Source of the DNA: Bacteroidales bacterium
GTDB taxonomy: Bacteria; Bacteroidota; Bacteroidia; Bacteroidales; PUMT01
DNA: 39,753 nt
Assembly: GCA_007131165.1 (NCBI GenBank)
Contig: SLRB01000262.1
Location: 1 to 39,753, forward strand
Reading direction: 5' to 3'
Shown: positions 27,651-35,993 of the stretch, piece after piece
How positions within the stretch are numbered: position 1 is the first letter of the stretch
Layout: each line of letters opens with the position of its first letter
Notes under the pieces: model-generated
Seen by the model: the letters and a program-made list of their open reading frames with translations, nothing else
Database searches by the model: none
What the model was told of the DNA's origin: nothing
Position numbers and translations under genes: made by a program

Positions 27651-29003
27651 TTAACTCGTCTCCTTTATCATAAGCTCGATACCGCTCCGGAGTATTGTCT
27701 GGACCTCGGTCTTGGAAGTACAGACATATTCACAGAGGGCCATGTCCTCCTCAACCACTTCATATATCCCCAGGTTTTCCATCTTGTCAATATCTTCAAC
27801 CATAATGGCCTTCACCAGCTGTTGCGGGATAAGATCCATAGGCAAAACTTTCTCATACTCACCGGTTATGACAAAAGCCCTTTCTCCGCCGTTGTAGTTG
27901 GTATCATGCCTGTACTCCTTTCCGGGCATAAGCCATGAAAAGAATGTGCGTGACGCACTGAACCTGTTAAGCCCGGGGGATGCCCATCCCATGAAACGGT
28001 GATGATCCCCCTCTGGTATCACTGTTACCTGCGAGTCGTAAAAACCGATGAAACCGTCTGATGGAATTTTGGAGCCCGTCAGGACATTTCCGCTGATAAA
28101 CCTGTTTTTGCCTTCAACAATATTATCCTTTACAAGGTTTTCGACCGATGCCCCCATCACTGTGCGATAATAGCGGGGGTTGACAACCTCTGATCCGGTA
28201 AGCGCAACAATTCGTGAAAAATCGACAATGCCGTTGAGGAACAGGCGGCCGAAAACAAGAATATCCTGGGGATTAATGTACCAAACAGTGCCGTTTTTAT
28301 GAACAGGATCAAGATGGTGAATATGCACGCCGACATTACCAGCCGGGTGCGGCCCGGAAAAATAGTTGACCTCAACTCCGTTTACCCCTGTGAATACATC
28401 AGATGGGGGATAGTCGCCGTTAAGGTTAAGGTAAACTTTACCACCGGTGAGTTTCCTTAGTACATCGATCCCTGCCCTGAATTCGTTTCCGCTGTCCTGC
28501 ATCAGAAAATCATAGTCAGGCGCCAGGGGTGCAGTATCGAACCCGGAAATAAAAATCGACCGCGGCGTATCATCCGGCCTGGGAATAATACCATAGGGGC
28601 GCTGGCGGAGCAGGGGCCACAGGCCGCTTTTCAGGAGGCGTTCTACAATGGCTTCACGTTCCATGGAGCCGGGTTCTGCCTTGCCAAAATTCTCGTAATC
28701 GATACGGTCGTCCCGTTTGATAACAACTTCCATGATCTTTCGGCGTTCACCGCGGTTAACTGCGACAACCCGGCCGCTTACCGGCGAGGTAAACATAACA
28801 TCGGGATTGTACTTGTCAAAAAACAGGGGAGTTCCTGCTTTTACAGCATCATCGGGGCGAACCAGCATTTTTGGCCTTATGCCGTGAAAATCTAATGGTT
28901 TTAACGCGAACTTACCGGGCAGACCGGGATTTACCAGCACTTTTTCAGCTTTGCCCTTCAACGGGATGTTAAGACCTTTTTTAAGCTTAATTACCTTCGA
29001 CAT
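27651..29003 (-). CDS. nqrA: Na+-NQR subunit A
   Basis: 450 aa. The N-terminus MSKVIKLKKGLNIPLKGKAE is typical of NqrA. It is the first gene of the nqrABCDEF-apbE operon. Confidence 0.93.
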   Translation of the reverse strand: MSKVIKLKKGLNIPLKGKAEKVLVNPGLPGKFALKPLDFHGIRPKMLVRPDDAVKAGTPLFFDKYNPDVMFTSPVSGRVVAVNRGERRKIMEVVIKRDDRIDYENFGKAEPGSMEREAIVERLLKSGLWPLLRQRPYGIIPRPDDTPRSIFISGFDTAPLAPDYDFLMQDSGNEFRAGIDVLRKLTGGKVYLNLNGDYPPSDVFTGVNGVEVNYFSGPHPAGNVGVHIHHLDPVHKNGTVWYINPQDILVFGRLFLNGIVDFSRIVALTGSEVVNPRYYRTVMGASVENLVKDNIVEGKNRFISGNVLTGSKIPSDGFIGFYDSQVTVIPEGDHHRFMGWASPGLNRFSASRTFFSWLMPGKEYRHDTNYNGGERAFVITGEYEKVLPMDLIPQQLVKAIMVEDIDKMENLGIYEVVEEDMALCEYVCTSKTEVQTILRSGIELMIKETS

Positions 29004-29034
29004 CTTATTATGTTGATAGTTCCTTAAAATGCAA

Positions 29035-29042
29035 CAAATTTA
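29035..29042 (-). promoter_or_regulatory. -7 promoter box TAAATTTG (TAnnTTTG) for the nqr operon
   Basis: The plus strand reads CAAATTTA. The box ends 31 nt upstream of the nqrA ATG at 29003. Confidence 0.5.
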
Positions 29043-29250
29043 GTTATTTTGTAAAAACCATTGTCCGATAAAAGTTATTAATTGACAAATATATTGTTCA
29101 CAACTGACCTGGGACACATTTCGCAATCACACTATATGCGGGATCACCCGGAGAAATTATCAGGGGGGTATATTTTTCACCACTGTTGTTAATAACTTAA
29201 CAATTAACATGCGTAAAAATCGTTAACAAGTTATAAAATAACAATAACCG

Positions 29251-30543
29251 ATGAAAAATGTTCAGCTTTGCCCTCCGGTATTAAAACTCCTCATTGCCGT
29301 GCTGCTGTTGTCTGCCAGACCGGAGGCAAAAGTATCGGGAAACTGGTTTTATGAGGATTATGTCTACACCGACAACATAAAGACAGTCCGTATGCACGTC
29401 AAAGGGTGGGAAATGTCTTACCCGGTAATTGAGCTCGGAAGCGGCGAAAGGCTGCATTTCAGCTTCGACGATCTCGACGGCGATGTAAAGAATTACCAGT
29501 ACCAGATCATCCATTGCAACGCCGACTGGACGCCCTCATCCCTTTTCCCTTCAGACTATATCGAAGGCTTTTATGAAAACAACCTTAGCAATTACAGGTT
29601 TTCTTTCAATACCTTTGTTCAATACACCCACTATTCACTTGAGATACCGAACCATGATGTCAGCCTGAAAATACCCGGCAACTATATCATCAAAGTATAC
29701 GAAGATTTTGATGCCGATAATACGGTGCTTACCAGGAGATTCATGGTGAGCCAGCCAGGTGTAAATATTGTGGCCAGGGTACACAGACCACAACTTACCC
29801 GTTATTATGACACACACCAGCAGCTGACATTCAGCATCAGGCATCCTGAACTTAACATTACCGACCCCATATCAGAGCTGTATGTAACAGTCATGCAGAA
29901 CGGGCGGGCAGACAATGTCGCAGGTCCGCTCAGGCCAATGTACATAAGGGACAGGGAAATTGTATACGAGCACGAAGAGGAGCTGGTATTCCCGGCCGGA
30001 AATGAATTCCGCAACTTTGACACCAAGAGCATGCGGTATATTACCGAGTTCATAAAGAGCATTGAATTCTCAGGCGGGATAAACCATGTTGAGCTGCATC
30101 CTTCACAGCCCAGGCAGTTTAGCAGATATTTCTCTCATCATGACATAAACGGGCGGTTCCTTATCAGGAACGAAGAGGGGCGCAACCCGTCATATGACGC
30201 CGACTATGTGATGGTTTGGTTCACACTTCCCTGGGATACCCCTTTCGACAACGGCAATGTATATGTACTGGGTGCTCTGAGCGACTGGAACTTTTACCAT
30301 TGGAACACAATGGTATATAATTTTGAAAGCAGGTCTTACGAACTCGGCATGCTCCTCAAGCAAGGTTACTATAACTACCAGTTCGTTTTCAGGGAAGACG
30401 GCGCAACAACAGCCGACCACACCCTTTTTGAGGGCAACTTCTTTGAGGCCGGGAACGACTACCTGATTATGGTCTACCACCGTCCGCCAGGCAGCCGTTA
30501 CGACCGGCTGGTAGGTACGCGGCAGGTGAGTGCTCACAACTGA
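29251..30543 (+). CDS. DUF5103-like protein (family annotated as type IX secretion system plug protein, N-terminal domain)
   Basis: 430 aa with a signal peptide. DNIKTVRMH..GWEMSYPVIELGSGERLHFSFDDL....KNYQYQIIHCNADW matches my memory of the DUF5103 N-terminal consensus. This is a recalled family assignment, not a search result. Confidence 0.5.
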   Translation: MKNVQLCPPVLKLLIAVLLLSARPEAKVSGNWFYEDYVYTDNIKTVRMHVKGWEMSYPVIELGSGERLHFSFDDLDGDVKNYQYQIIHCNADWTPSSLFPSDYIEGFYENNLSNYRFSFNTFVQYTHYSLEIPNHDVSLKIPGNYIIKVYEDFDADNTVLTRRFMVSQPGVNIVARVHRPQLTRYYDTHQQLTFSIRHPELNITDPISELYVTVMQNGRADNVAGPLRPMYIRDREIVYEHEEELVFPAGNEFRNFDTKSMRYITEFIKSIEFSGGINHVELHPSQPRQFSRYFSHHDINGRFLIRNEEGRNPSYDADYVMVWFTLPWDTPFDNGNVYVLGALSDWNFYHWNTMVYNFESRSYELGMLLKQGYYNYQFVFREDGATTADHTLFEGNFFEAGNDYLIMVYHRPPGSRYDRLVGTRQVSAHN

Positions 30544-30592
30544 CCGGCCCCTTTACAATTTCGGCGGAATGAAGTGGTGTTCAGAATACCTG

Positions 30593-30609
30593 CCCGGCAG
30601 TGTGCCGGG
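30593..30609. terminator. Perfect 7-bp hairpin (CCCGGCA-GTG-TGCCGGG) between convergent genes; possible bidirectional terminator
   Basis: It lies in the 99-nt gap between the DUF5103 stop (30543) and the HD-gene stop (30643). There is no U-tract on either strand. Confidence 0.3.
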
Positions 30610-30642
30610 GGGTTACAACTCCCTCTGAATACCTTTCAGTCC

Positions 30643-31203
30643 CTACAACCCTATTTCATCGCTTATCTCCTTCATGGCATTTACCGAAATCTCAGCAAAT
30701 TCCGGAAGAGGTATACCAATCTTTTCGCATTCCCTGATATGGTCGCGGTTTACCGAAGCTGCAAAGGCTTTTTCCTTCATGCGTTTTACAACCGACTTTG
30801 GTTTTACCGATGCTATTTTTTTATCAGGATAAACAAGGGTGGTTGCATAGATCAAACCGGTTATAGTCTCCCCTGCCGCCAGGGCATGCTGGAAAACTGT
30901 TGTTCTCTCTTTTTTTGATGCCATTTCATTATGCATGGTAATTGCATCGATTATCTCAGGGTCGAGATCATAATCATTAAGCATTTCAGGGGCTTTAAGT
31001 CCGTGCTTTTCGGGATCGGCGTTTGTAACCTCCACATCAATATCATGAAGCAGTCCCGCAAGACCCCATTTCTTCTCATCCTCACCCAGGCGCCTGGCAA
31101 TTGCCTTCATCACAGCTTCCGATGACAGGCAGTGAATCCGCATCTTCTCATCCTTAACATACTCTTTAAGTAATTCGAGCGCTTTATCTCTTTCCATGAT
31201 CAT
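30643..31203 (-). CDS. HD-superfamily metal-dependent phosphohydrolase (small COG2316-like type)
   Basis: 186 aa. H...HD motif: IHCLSSEAVMKAIARRLGEDEKKWGLAGLLHDIDVE. It is the last gene of the Mo/W cofactor gene string. Confidence 0.7.
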   Translation of the reverse strand: MIMERDKALELLKEYVKDEKMRIHCLSSEAVMKAIARRLGEDEKKWGLAGLLHDIDVEVTNADPEKHGLKAPEMLNDYDLDPEIIDAITMHNEMASKKERTTVFQHALAAGETITGLIYATTLVYPDKKIASVKPKSVVKRMKEKAFAASVNRDHIRECEKIGIPLPEFAEISVNAMKEISDEIGL

Positions 31204-31271
31204 GTTTTATTAGGTTAAACCAAAATTTATCAGACAAACCGGGGCATTAGCGGCCGCATCACACACTATTA

Positions 31272-32210
31272 CTAATGTGCATCTATACCGTGGTACATGT
31301 AGAGCAGGTGGTCCATGGTTTTCACTATCTCTGTCATGTACTCGTTAACCGCCTTAACGCTCCCCGGAAGGGTGTAGATAAAGGCAGAACCCATAAGTCC
31401 CGCCACCCCCCTGCTGAGAAGAGCATTAGGTTTCCCGGAGCCGTATTTCATCCTGATCATCTCCATGATACCCGGTATTTCCTTATCAAGCATCGGTTTA
31501 ACGGTATCCGGGCATATATCCCTAACTCCCACGCCGGTGCCTCCTGTGGTTATAATAAAGTCATACTGCCCCCTGCAGGATTCATCAAGCAGGTCATGCA
31601 ACCTGACCCTGTCATCGGCCATGATAACAGTATCAGTATACACCCCTCTTTTGAGCGGCTCAAAATGGCCGGCCAGAAACCTGATGATCGCGGGACCGCT
31701 CTTGTCTTCATACTGACCGCTGCTGGCCCTGTCACTCAGGGTGATCACCAAAAACCGGTAAGGGCGGGGTATGTATTCCATCATATCGCCGGATTTCAGC
31801 CGGCCACCCTTTATAACCCTTGCAAAAACACCTTCCTTTGGCATCACGCAATTGCCGGTCTCGTTATATATATTGCATCCTGAACCATGGCATTTCTTGC
31901 CAATCTGGGTTATTTCCAGCCCGGCATTTTCTGTCACGATCCTGTCCAAAGGCAGGATATCTTTAAGCTCCAGTCCCCGTGTAGTAATGTTTTCAGCAAA
32001 CTCACCAGGCCCCGGCACCCTCCCCAGCTCCTTTCCAAATCTCTTTATGCTCTCCTCGGCCAGAAGGCTCACCTGCCTGTGCCACGGCCCTGCATGGGCG
32101 TCGCCTTCTACTCCCGCCTCATTGAGGCAGATAAAAGGAGCGGGTTTTTTGATGGTACCCTTTTCTTCTGATATATTAACAGAAACTACTGTCAGTGTTT
32201 TTTTCTCCAT
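31272..32210 (-). CDS. MOSC domain fused to MogA/MoaB-type molybdopterin adenylyltransferase domain
   Basis: The N-terminal ~150 aa form a small MOSC-like beta-barrel (GDAHAG..HRQVSLL). The C-terminal domain has TTGGTGVGVRD and LPGS motifs of MogA/MoaB. Confidence 0.75.
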   Translation of the reverse strand: MEKKTLTVVSVNISEEKGTIKKPAPFICLNEAGVEGDAHAGPWHRQVSLLAEESIKRFGKELGRVPGPGEFAENITTRGLELKDILPLDRIVTENAGLEITQIGKKCHGSGCNIYNETGNCVMPKEGVFARVIKGGRLKSGDMMEYIPRPYRFLVITLSDRASSGQYEDKSGPAIIRFLAGHFEPLKRGVYTDTVIMADDRVRLHDLLDESCRGQYDFIITTGGTGVGVRDICPDTVKPMLDKEIPGIMEMIRMKYGSGKPNALLSRGVAGLMGSAFIYTLPGSVKAVNEYMTEIVKTMDHLLYMYHGIDAH

Positions 32211-32223
32211 AATAGTTATAAAT

Positions 32224-32871
32224 TCACAACCTCCTTACTTCCCATTTCTTTATCTCTTTCATTGCAACATCGCCGTCACCCATGGCACGCAGCCTTTTGG
32301 ACCCGGAGCCTCTGTATGAAACGAACCATTTCACCAGGATATCCATCAGGTCAGGATAATCATCAAAAAGGTCTTCGTAGGAACCAGCCTGTATTACACG
32401 CTGACTTTCCCGTGCAGGCACGGCTATCACCACCGGATCGGTAAGGTTGCTCCGGGTAACATTATCATCGTCAAAATAAAGTACCAGCAAGGGCACTACC
32501 TCCATAACTGTTCCTGTTGGGACACTTTCACAGATAATCATAACAGCCACAGGCTGTCCTTCTCCGCCCAAAACCGGATCTGTAAATGTACCCGGCACAA
32601 AACCGTAATTTGCAGGAAATGGCAAAAAATCAACAAGTTTATCTTCATTATCCTCCTGTTCTGCAACAAACATCCGGCTTTCAGCATCCCAGTTAATTAT
32701 GCGGTTCGTTCCGGCAGGTATCTCAATCACGGCATTTGTGTATCCACGAGAAAAGGCCGGATACTTGCTGAAATCATACATCTCCCTTCTGCCGCAAAAA
32801 CAAAGTACCCATAGCAGGGCAGCAGAAAAAAGTATTATACGGATAGATCCCGGAGTAAAGGTTTTCTCCAT
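32224..32871 (-). CDS. Family-I inorganic pyrophosphatase-fold protein with N-terminal signal/anchor and degenerate active-site motif
   Basis: AVIEIPAGTN....NYGFVPGT resembles the PPase core (VIEIP.G...KYE...NYGFIP.T). The canonical DxDPxD is replaced by GEGQPVA. The N-terminus has a hydrophobic stretch IRIILFSAALLWVLCFC. The start overlaps the moaC stop by 1 nt (TAATG). Confidence 0.55.
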   Translation of the reverse strand: MEKTFTPGSIRIILFSAALLWVLCFCGRREMYDFSKYPAFSRGYTNAVIEIPAGTNRIINWDAESRMFVAEQEDNEDKLVDFLPFPANYGFVPGTFTDPVLGGEGQPVAVMIICESVPTGTVMEVVPLLVLYFDDDNVTRSNLTDPVVIAVPARESQRVIQAGSYEDLFDDYPDLMDILVKWFVSYRGSGSKRLRAMGDGDVAMKEIKKWEVRRL

Positions 32872-33338
32872 TATTGAACGTTATTTTTGGTTTTACCGGT
32901 AAGCTCTACTCTCTCAATCACCATCGTCTTGTCAGCAGACTTGCACATGTCGTATATGGTAAGCAAAGCCACAGCAGCGGCTGTAAGCGCTTCCATCTCT
33001 ACACCCGTCCTGCCCGTACACCGGCATTCGGTTATAACCTCAATACCTTCATTCGTTATTGAAGCAGCAACATCCACCTGCGATAATGCAAGGGAATGGC
33101 ACAGGGGTATCAGTGACGGGGTCTGTTTGGCAGCCTGAATCCCGGCAATTTCAGCTACCTTAAGAACATCCCCCTTTTTCAGACTGTTTCTCCGCACAAG
33201 CTCAACCGTCGGCCGCTGCATCCTTATAAACCCGCGTGCCGTTGCAACACGCAATTGCTCGGTTTTATGCCCAACATCAACCATCGTGGCCTTGCCCTTA
33301 CTGTCGGTATGTGTCAGTTTCTTATCCATCTTGATCAT
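32871..33338 (-). CDS. moaC: Cyclic pyranopterin monophosphate synthase MoaC
   Basis: MVDVGHK and KGDVLKVAEIAGIQAAKQTPSLIPLCH motifs. ATGA overlap with the moaA stop. Confidence 0.92.
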   Translation of the reverse strand: MIKMDKKLTHTDSKGKATMVDVGHKTEQLRVATARGFIRMQRPTVELVRRNSLKKGDVLKVAEIAGIQAAKQTPSLIPLCHSLALSQVDVAASITNEGIEVITECRCTGRTGVEMEALTAAAVALLTIYDMCKSADKTMVIERVELTGKTKNNVQ

Positions 33339-34135
33339 CCTCCGATATTATAAAAATGATCTGTACTGCATGCAGTTCCATGCTCAGGCTTGTTCATAAG
33401 CGCAGCATGCAAGGCATCCCTTGCTCCAAGAGCACGAACATCAAAAGCTATATCGCTAAAAAGGCAGGGCTTGAGTTTGCCGCTGGCAGTAAGCCTCAAC
33501 CGGTTGCACAGGGGGCAGTCACCTCCTTCTCCTCCTTCGACGACAGAAAATTCGCCACCATCAAGGTCCATCTGGCGGATGAGCCTGATCTGAAGACCGT
33601 TGGCATCAGCAAATTGCCTTACAGATTTTACATCGTTGGTATCGGCCGGGCCATTCACCACACAATTGATCTTTACCGGGCCAAGTCCTGCCGATACGGC
33701 CGCCTCAATTCCCCTGATCACATCGTCAATACATCCCCCCGAGGTCAGTTCGCTGAATCTTGCCCGGTCCATTGTGTCAAGGCTTACATTCACCCTCATC
33801 AGTCCAGCCTGGCGAAGCGGTCCGGCAAATCTTTCAAGCAAAACCCCGTTAGTAGTCATGGCAAGATCATTTATACCATCTACAGAAGCCAACATTCCCG
33901 TAAGCTTAACTATATCTCTCCTTACCAGGGGTTCACCACCGGTTATCCGTACCTTGTCAATTCCCATGGCAACTCCTTCCCGCACCACATCAACTATCTC
34001 ATTGAACCTTAATATATCTTCATGCCTGAGCATCACAAAATCGCCGCAGGGCATGCAATACCGGCACCTTAAATTGCACCTGTCGGTTACTGAAACACGC
34101 AGGTAATTGATTCTCCTGTTATATCTGTCTAACAT
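33335..34135 (-). CDS. moaA: GTP 3',8-cyclase MoaA (radical SAM), unusually compact
   Basis: YLRVSVTDRCNLRCRYCMP (CxxxCxxC), a C-terminal cluster CPLCNRLRLTASGKLKPC (CxxCx13C), and the terminal GG. The ATG at 34135 is preferred over the TTG at 34138. The start overlaps the moeA end by 17 nt. Confidence 0.88.
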   Translation of the reverse strand: MLDRYNRRINYLRVSVTDRCNLRCRYCMPCGDFVMLRHEDILRFNEIVDVVREGVAMGIDKVRITGGEPLVRRDIVKLTGMLASVDGINDLAMTTNGVLLERFAGPLRQAGLMRVNVSLDTMDRARFSELTSGGCIDDVIRGIEAAVSAGLGPVKINCVVNGPADTNDVKSVRQFADANGLQIRLIRQMDLDGGEFSVVEGGEGGDCPLCNRLRLTASGKLKPCLFSDIAFDVRALGARDALHAALMNKPEHGTACSTDHFYNIGG

Positions 34136-35294
34136 CAACCAAATCTCCTTTTTTGTATAAAAAAACCCCCGCCGGCACCACCATCAGTCCCCAGGCATGT
34201 GTCAAAGCATGTATGTGGGCCGAACCATGATACTCCACAGGCATCACCTCGCCTCTCTCATTTACAATAACAGGCAGCAAAGCCACCCTGTCAGCCTTCT
34301 TTCTTTGGTACTCAATTGCTACTGGAAACCGCAATGCCGGGATACTGTAATCATGACCGCTCATCCGGTAAAGCAGGGGCTTTACCATAAGCTCAAATAT
34401 GGTAAATGACGAAACGGGGTTCCCCGGCAGTCCGAAAACAAAAACGTTGCCTCTGCGCCCGAATACCGTCGGGCGCCCCGGCTTTACCGCCACCTTTTCG
34501 AAGAAAAGTTCAAACCCGGCCTCCAGGAGCACACGGGGCACAAAGTCAAAATCGCCCATCGACACACCACCGGTAATAAGCAATACATCATTTTTTTCGG
34601 TGGCGGATGAAACAGCCGTCATTGTTTCGTCAATGCTGTCGCCCGCGATGCCCCTGTAATCGCCGATGCAGCCTGCAGCAGCTACCTGGGCCATCAACTG
34701 GCTCCCGTTACTGTTACGTATGCAGGTGCCTTCCGGTTTTCTGTCAGGCTCAACAATCTCATCACCCGTTGTCAGAACCGCAACGCGGGGTTGCCTGGAT
34801 ACAACAGGGCTGGTACAGCCCGCTGCGGCAAGCACAGCTATATGCTGGGGCCTGAGAAGAGTGCCTTTTTGGAGAGCCACACTACCCTCTTTAAGGTCCT
34901 CTCCTTTAAAAGCAATGTTCACGGCAGTTTTGGCTCCGGTAAATCTTATATGGCCTTCTCCGTCATCGCTGGTATGCTCAACCATAATTACACAATCAGC
35001 CCCATCGGGTACACGGGCACCAGTCATTATCCGCGCGCACTGGCCCGGTCCGGTCTGCCCCTGCGGCATATCACCTGCCTTTATTGTTTCGGTAATCCTG
35101 AGCCTGGAGCCAAGGTCTTCCTGCCGGCAGGCAAAACCATCCATTGCCGATTTGTTAAACGGCGGCATGTCAGTATCTGCTCTGACATCCTCTGCCAGAA
35201 CCCTTCCCGCAGCTTTTTCAAGAGCAACCTTTTCATCCCCCACTCTTACAGAGTTTCCTTCTACTATTCTGAGGGCTTCACCTATCGATATCAT
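34119..35294 (-). CDS. moeA: Molybdopterin molybdenum/tungsten-transferase MoeA
   Basis: PPFNKSAMDGFA, TGGVSMGDFDFV and LPGNPVS motifs. The ATG at 35294 (MISIGEAL) is preferred because a TAnnTTTG box lies 27 nt upstream. Confidence 0.9.
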   Translation of the reverse strand: MISIGEALRIVEGNSVRVGDEKVALEKAAGRVLAEDVRADTDMPPFNKSAMDGFACRQEDLGSRLRITETIKAGDMPQGQTGPGQCARIMTGARVPDGADCVIMVEHTSDDGEGHIRFTGAKTAVNIAFKGEDLKEGSVALQKGTLLRPQHIAVLAAAGCTSPVVSRQPRVAVLTTGDEIVEPDRKPEGTCIRNSNGSQLMAQVAAAGCIGDYRGIAGDSIDETMTAVSSATEKNDVLLITGGVSMGDFDFVPRVLLEAGFELFFEKVAVKPGRPTVFGRRGNVFVFGLPGNPVSSFTIFELMVKPLLYRMSGHDYSIPALRFPVAIEYQRKKADRVALLPVIVNERGEVMPVEYHGSAHIHALTHAWGLMVVPAGVFLYKKGDLVDVRQI

Positions 35295-35321
35295 GTAAAT
35301 ACATTTATTTCCAATACAACA

Positions 35322-35329
35322 CAAAAATA
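35322..35329 (-). promoter_or_regulatory. -7 promoter box TATTTTTG (TAnnTTTG) for moeA-moaA-moaC and downstream genes
   Basis: The plus strand reads CAAAAATA. The box is 27 nt upstream of the ATG at 35294, inside the only sizeable gap of the gene string. Confidence 0.45.
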
Positions 35330-35411
35330 AGCAATTATCCACTTTTTACCTTGCAGCTCCAACAGGGCAACACCACCTTTGACAAATCAACCGCCGGCGG
35401 TGGTTAAGCAG

Positions 35412-35993
35412 TTACTCTCTCCATACCTTGAAGTTCCTGCTGGCAAAGCCGGGTAAAAGATACCACCCCCCTTTCTCCAGCCCGATCCTTTCGGGGGGCG
35501 GGTTAAAAGTGCTGCCATCTGAGTTTACCATCACATCCACCAGGTGGATAAGATCTGCAACACTTTTCATTGTGACATCATCACCCTGCCTCCTTACCAT
35601 TATGAAAAGGCCGGGGCGTATTATCTTTCTCAGCCTGGCTGATTCAGCTATTATAAAGGCATCCCGGCCGGCAATTGTAAAAAAATGGTCCAGTGCTTCT
35701 TCCAGGAACTCATCTCTGGTCCTGAGGTAAAACGACCTTAAAGCCCCGGCTACCAACATCTTCGAACTGTCCTTCACACCGTCACGGCAGGTCTCCTCAA
35801 TTAGCCGGAATTTTTCGGGTGGAGGGGAATGCCGGCCATGATGCAGGTCATTACCGGGTTTTATACCGGATATTTTCAGGGCAATTATCTTCCTGTCGCC
35901 CGAAAGTCGACTAATCAGGCGGCACAGGTATTCTGTTTTCCCGGTATTGCGGCCTGTACCCCCTGCAATAAGCATATTCTTCAAAACTCTCAT
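35412..35993 (-). CDS. SIMIBI-class P-loop NTPase, MobB-like (uncharacterised)
   Basis: The start at 35993 forms an ATGA overlap with the ABC ATPase stop. The P-loop GTGRNTGKT has BioD/MobB-type spacing. KDSSKMLVAGA resembles the MobB KDS..(R/K).AGA motif. Length is 193 aa. Confidence 0.5.
   Translation of the reverse strand: MRVLKNMLIAGGTGRNTGKTEYLCRLISRLSGDRKIIALKISGIKPGNDLHHGRHSPPPEKFRLIEETCRDGVKDSSKMLVAGALRSFYLRTRDEFLEEALDHFFTIAGRDAFIIAESARLRKIIRPGLFIMVRRQGDDVTMKSVADLIHLVDVMVNSDGSTFNPPPERIGLEKGGWYLLPGFASRNFKVWRE

Noticed and set aside
31275-32319. Plus-strand ORFs of 202 and 182 aa antisense to the MOSC-MogA gene
   Set aside because: These are shadow ORFs opposite a gene with clear MogA motifs.
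33356-35298. Long plus-strand ORFs (218, 168, 210 and 179 aa) antisense to moaA and moeA
   Set aside because: All overlap strongly supported minus-strand genes. They have a low-complexity Ser/Pro/Ala-rich composition and no family motifs.
35295-35411. Search for a Moco/Wco riboswitch upstream of moeA (and in 38845-38911 upstream of wtpA)
   Set aside because: Both gaps are too short once the promoter box or terminator is placed; the leaders would be about 20 nt and 13 nt. I could not recognise the conserved multi-stem architecture. The 12-nt palindrome ACCGCCGGCGGT at 35390-35401 is more likely a weak terminator after the P-loop gene.
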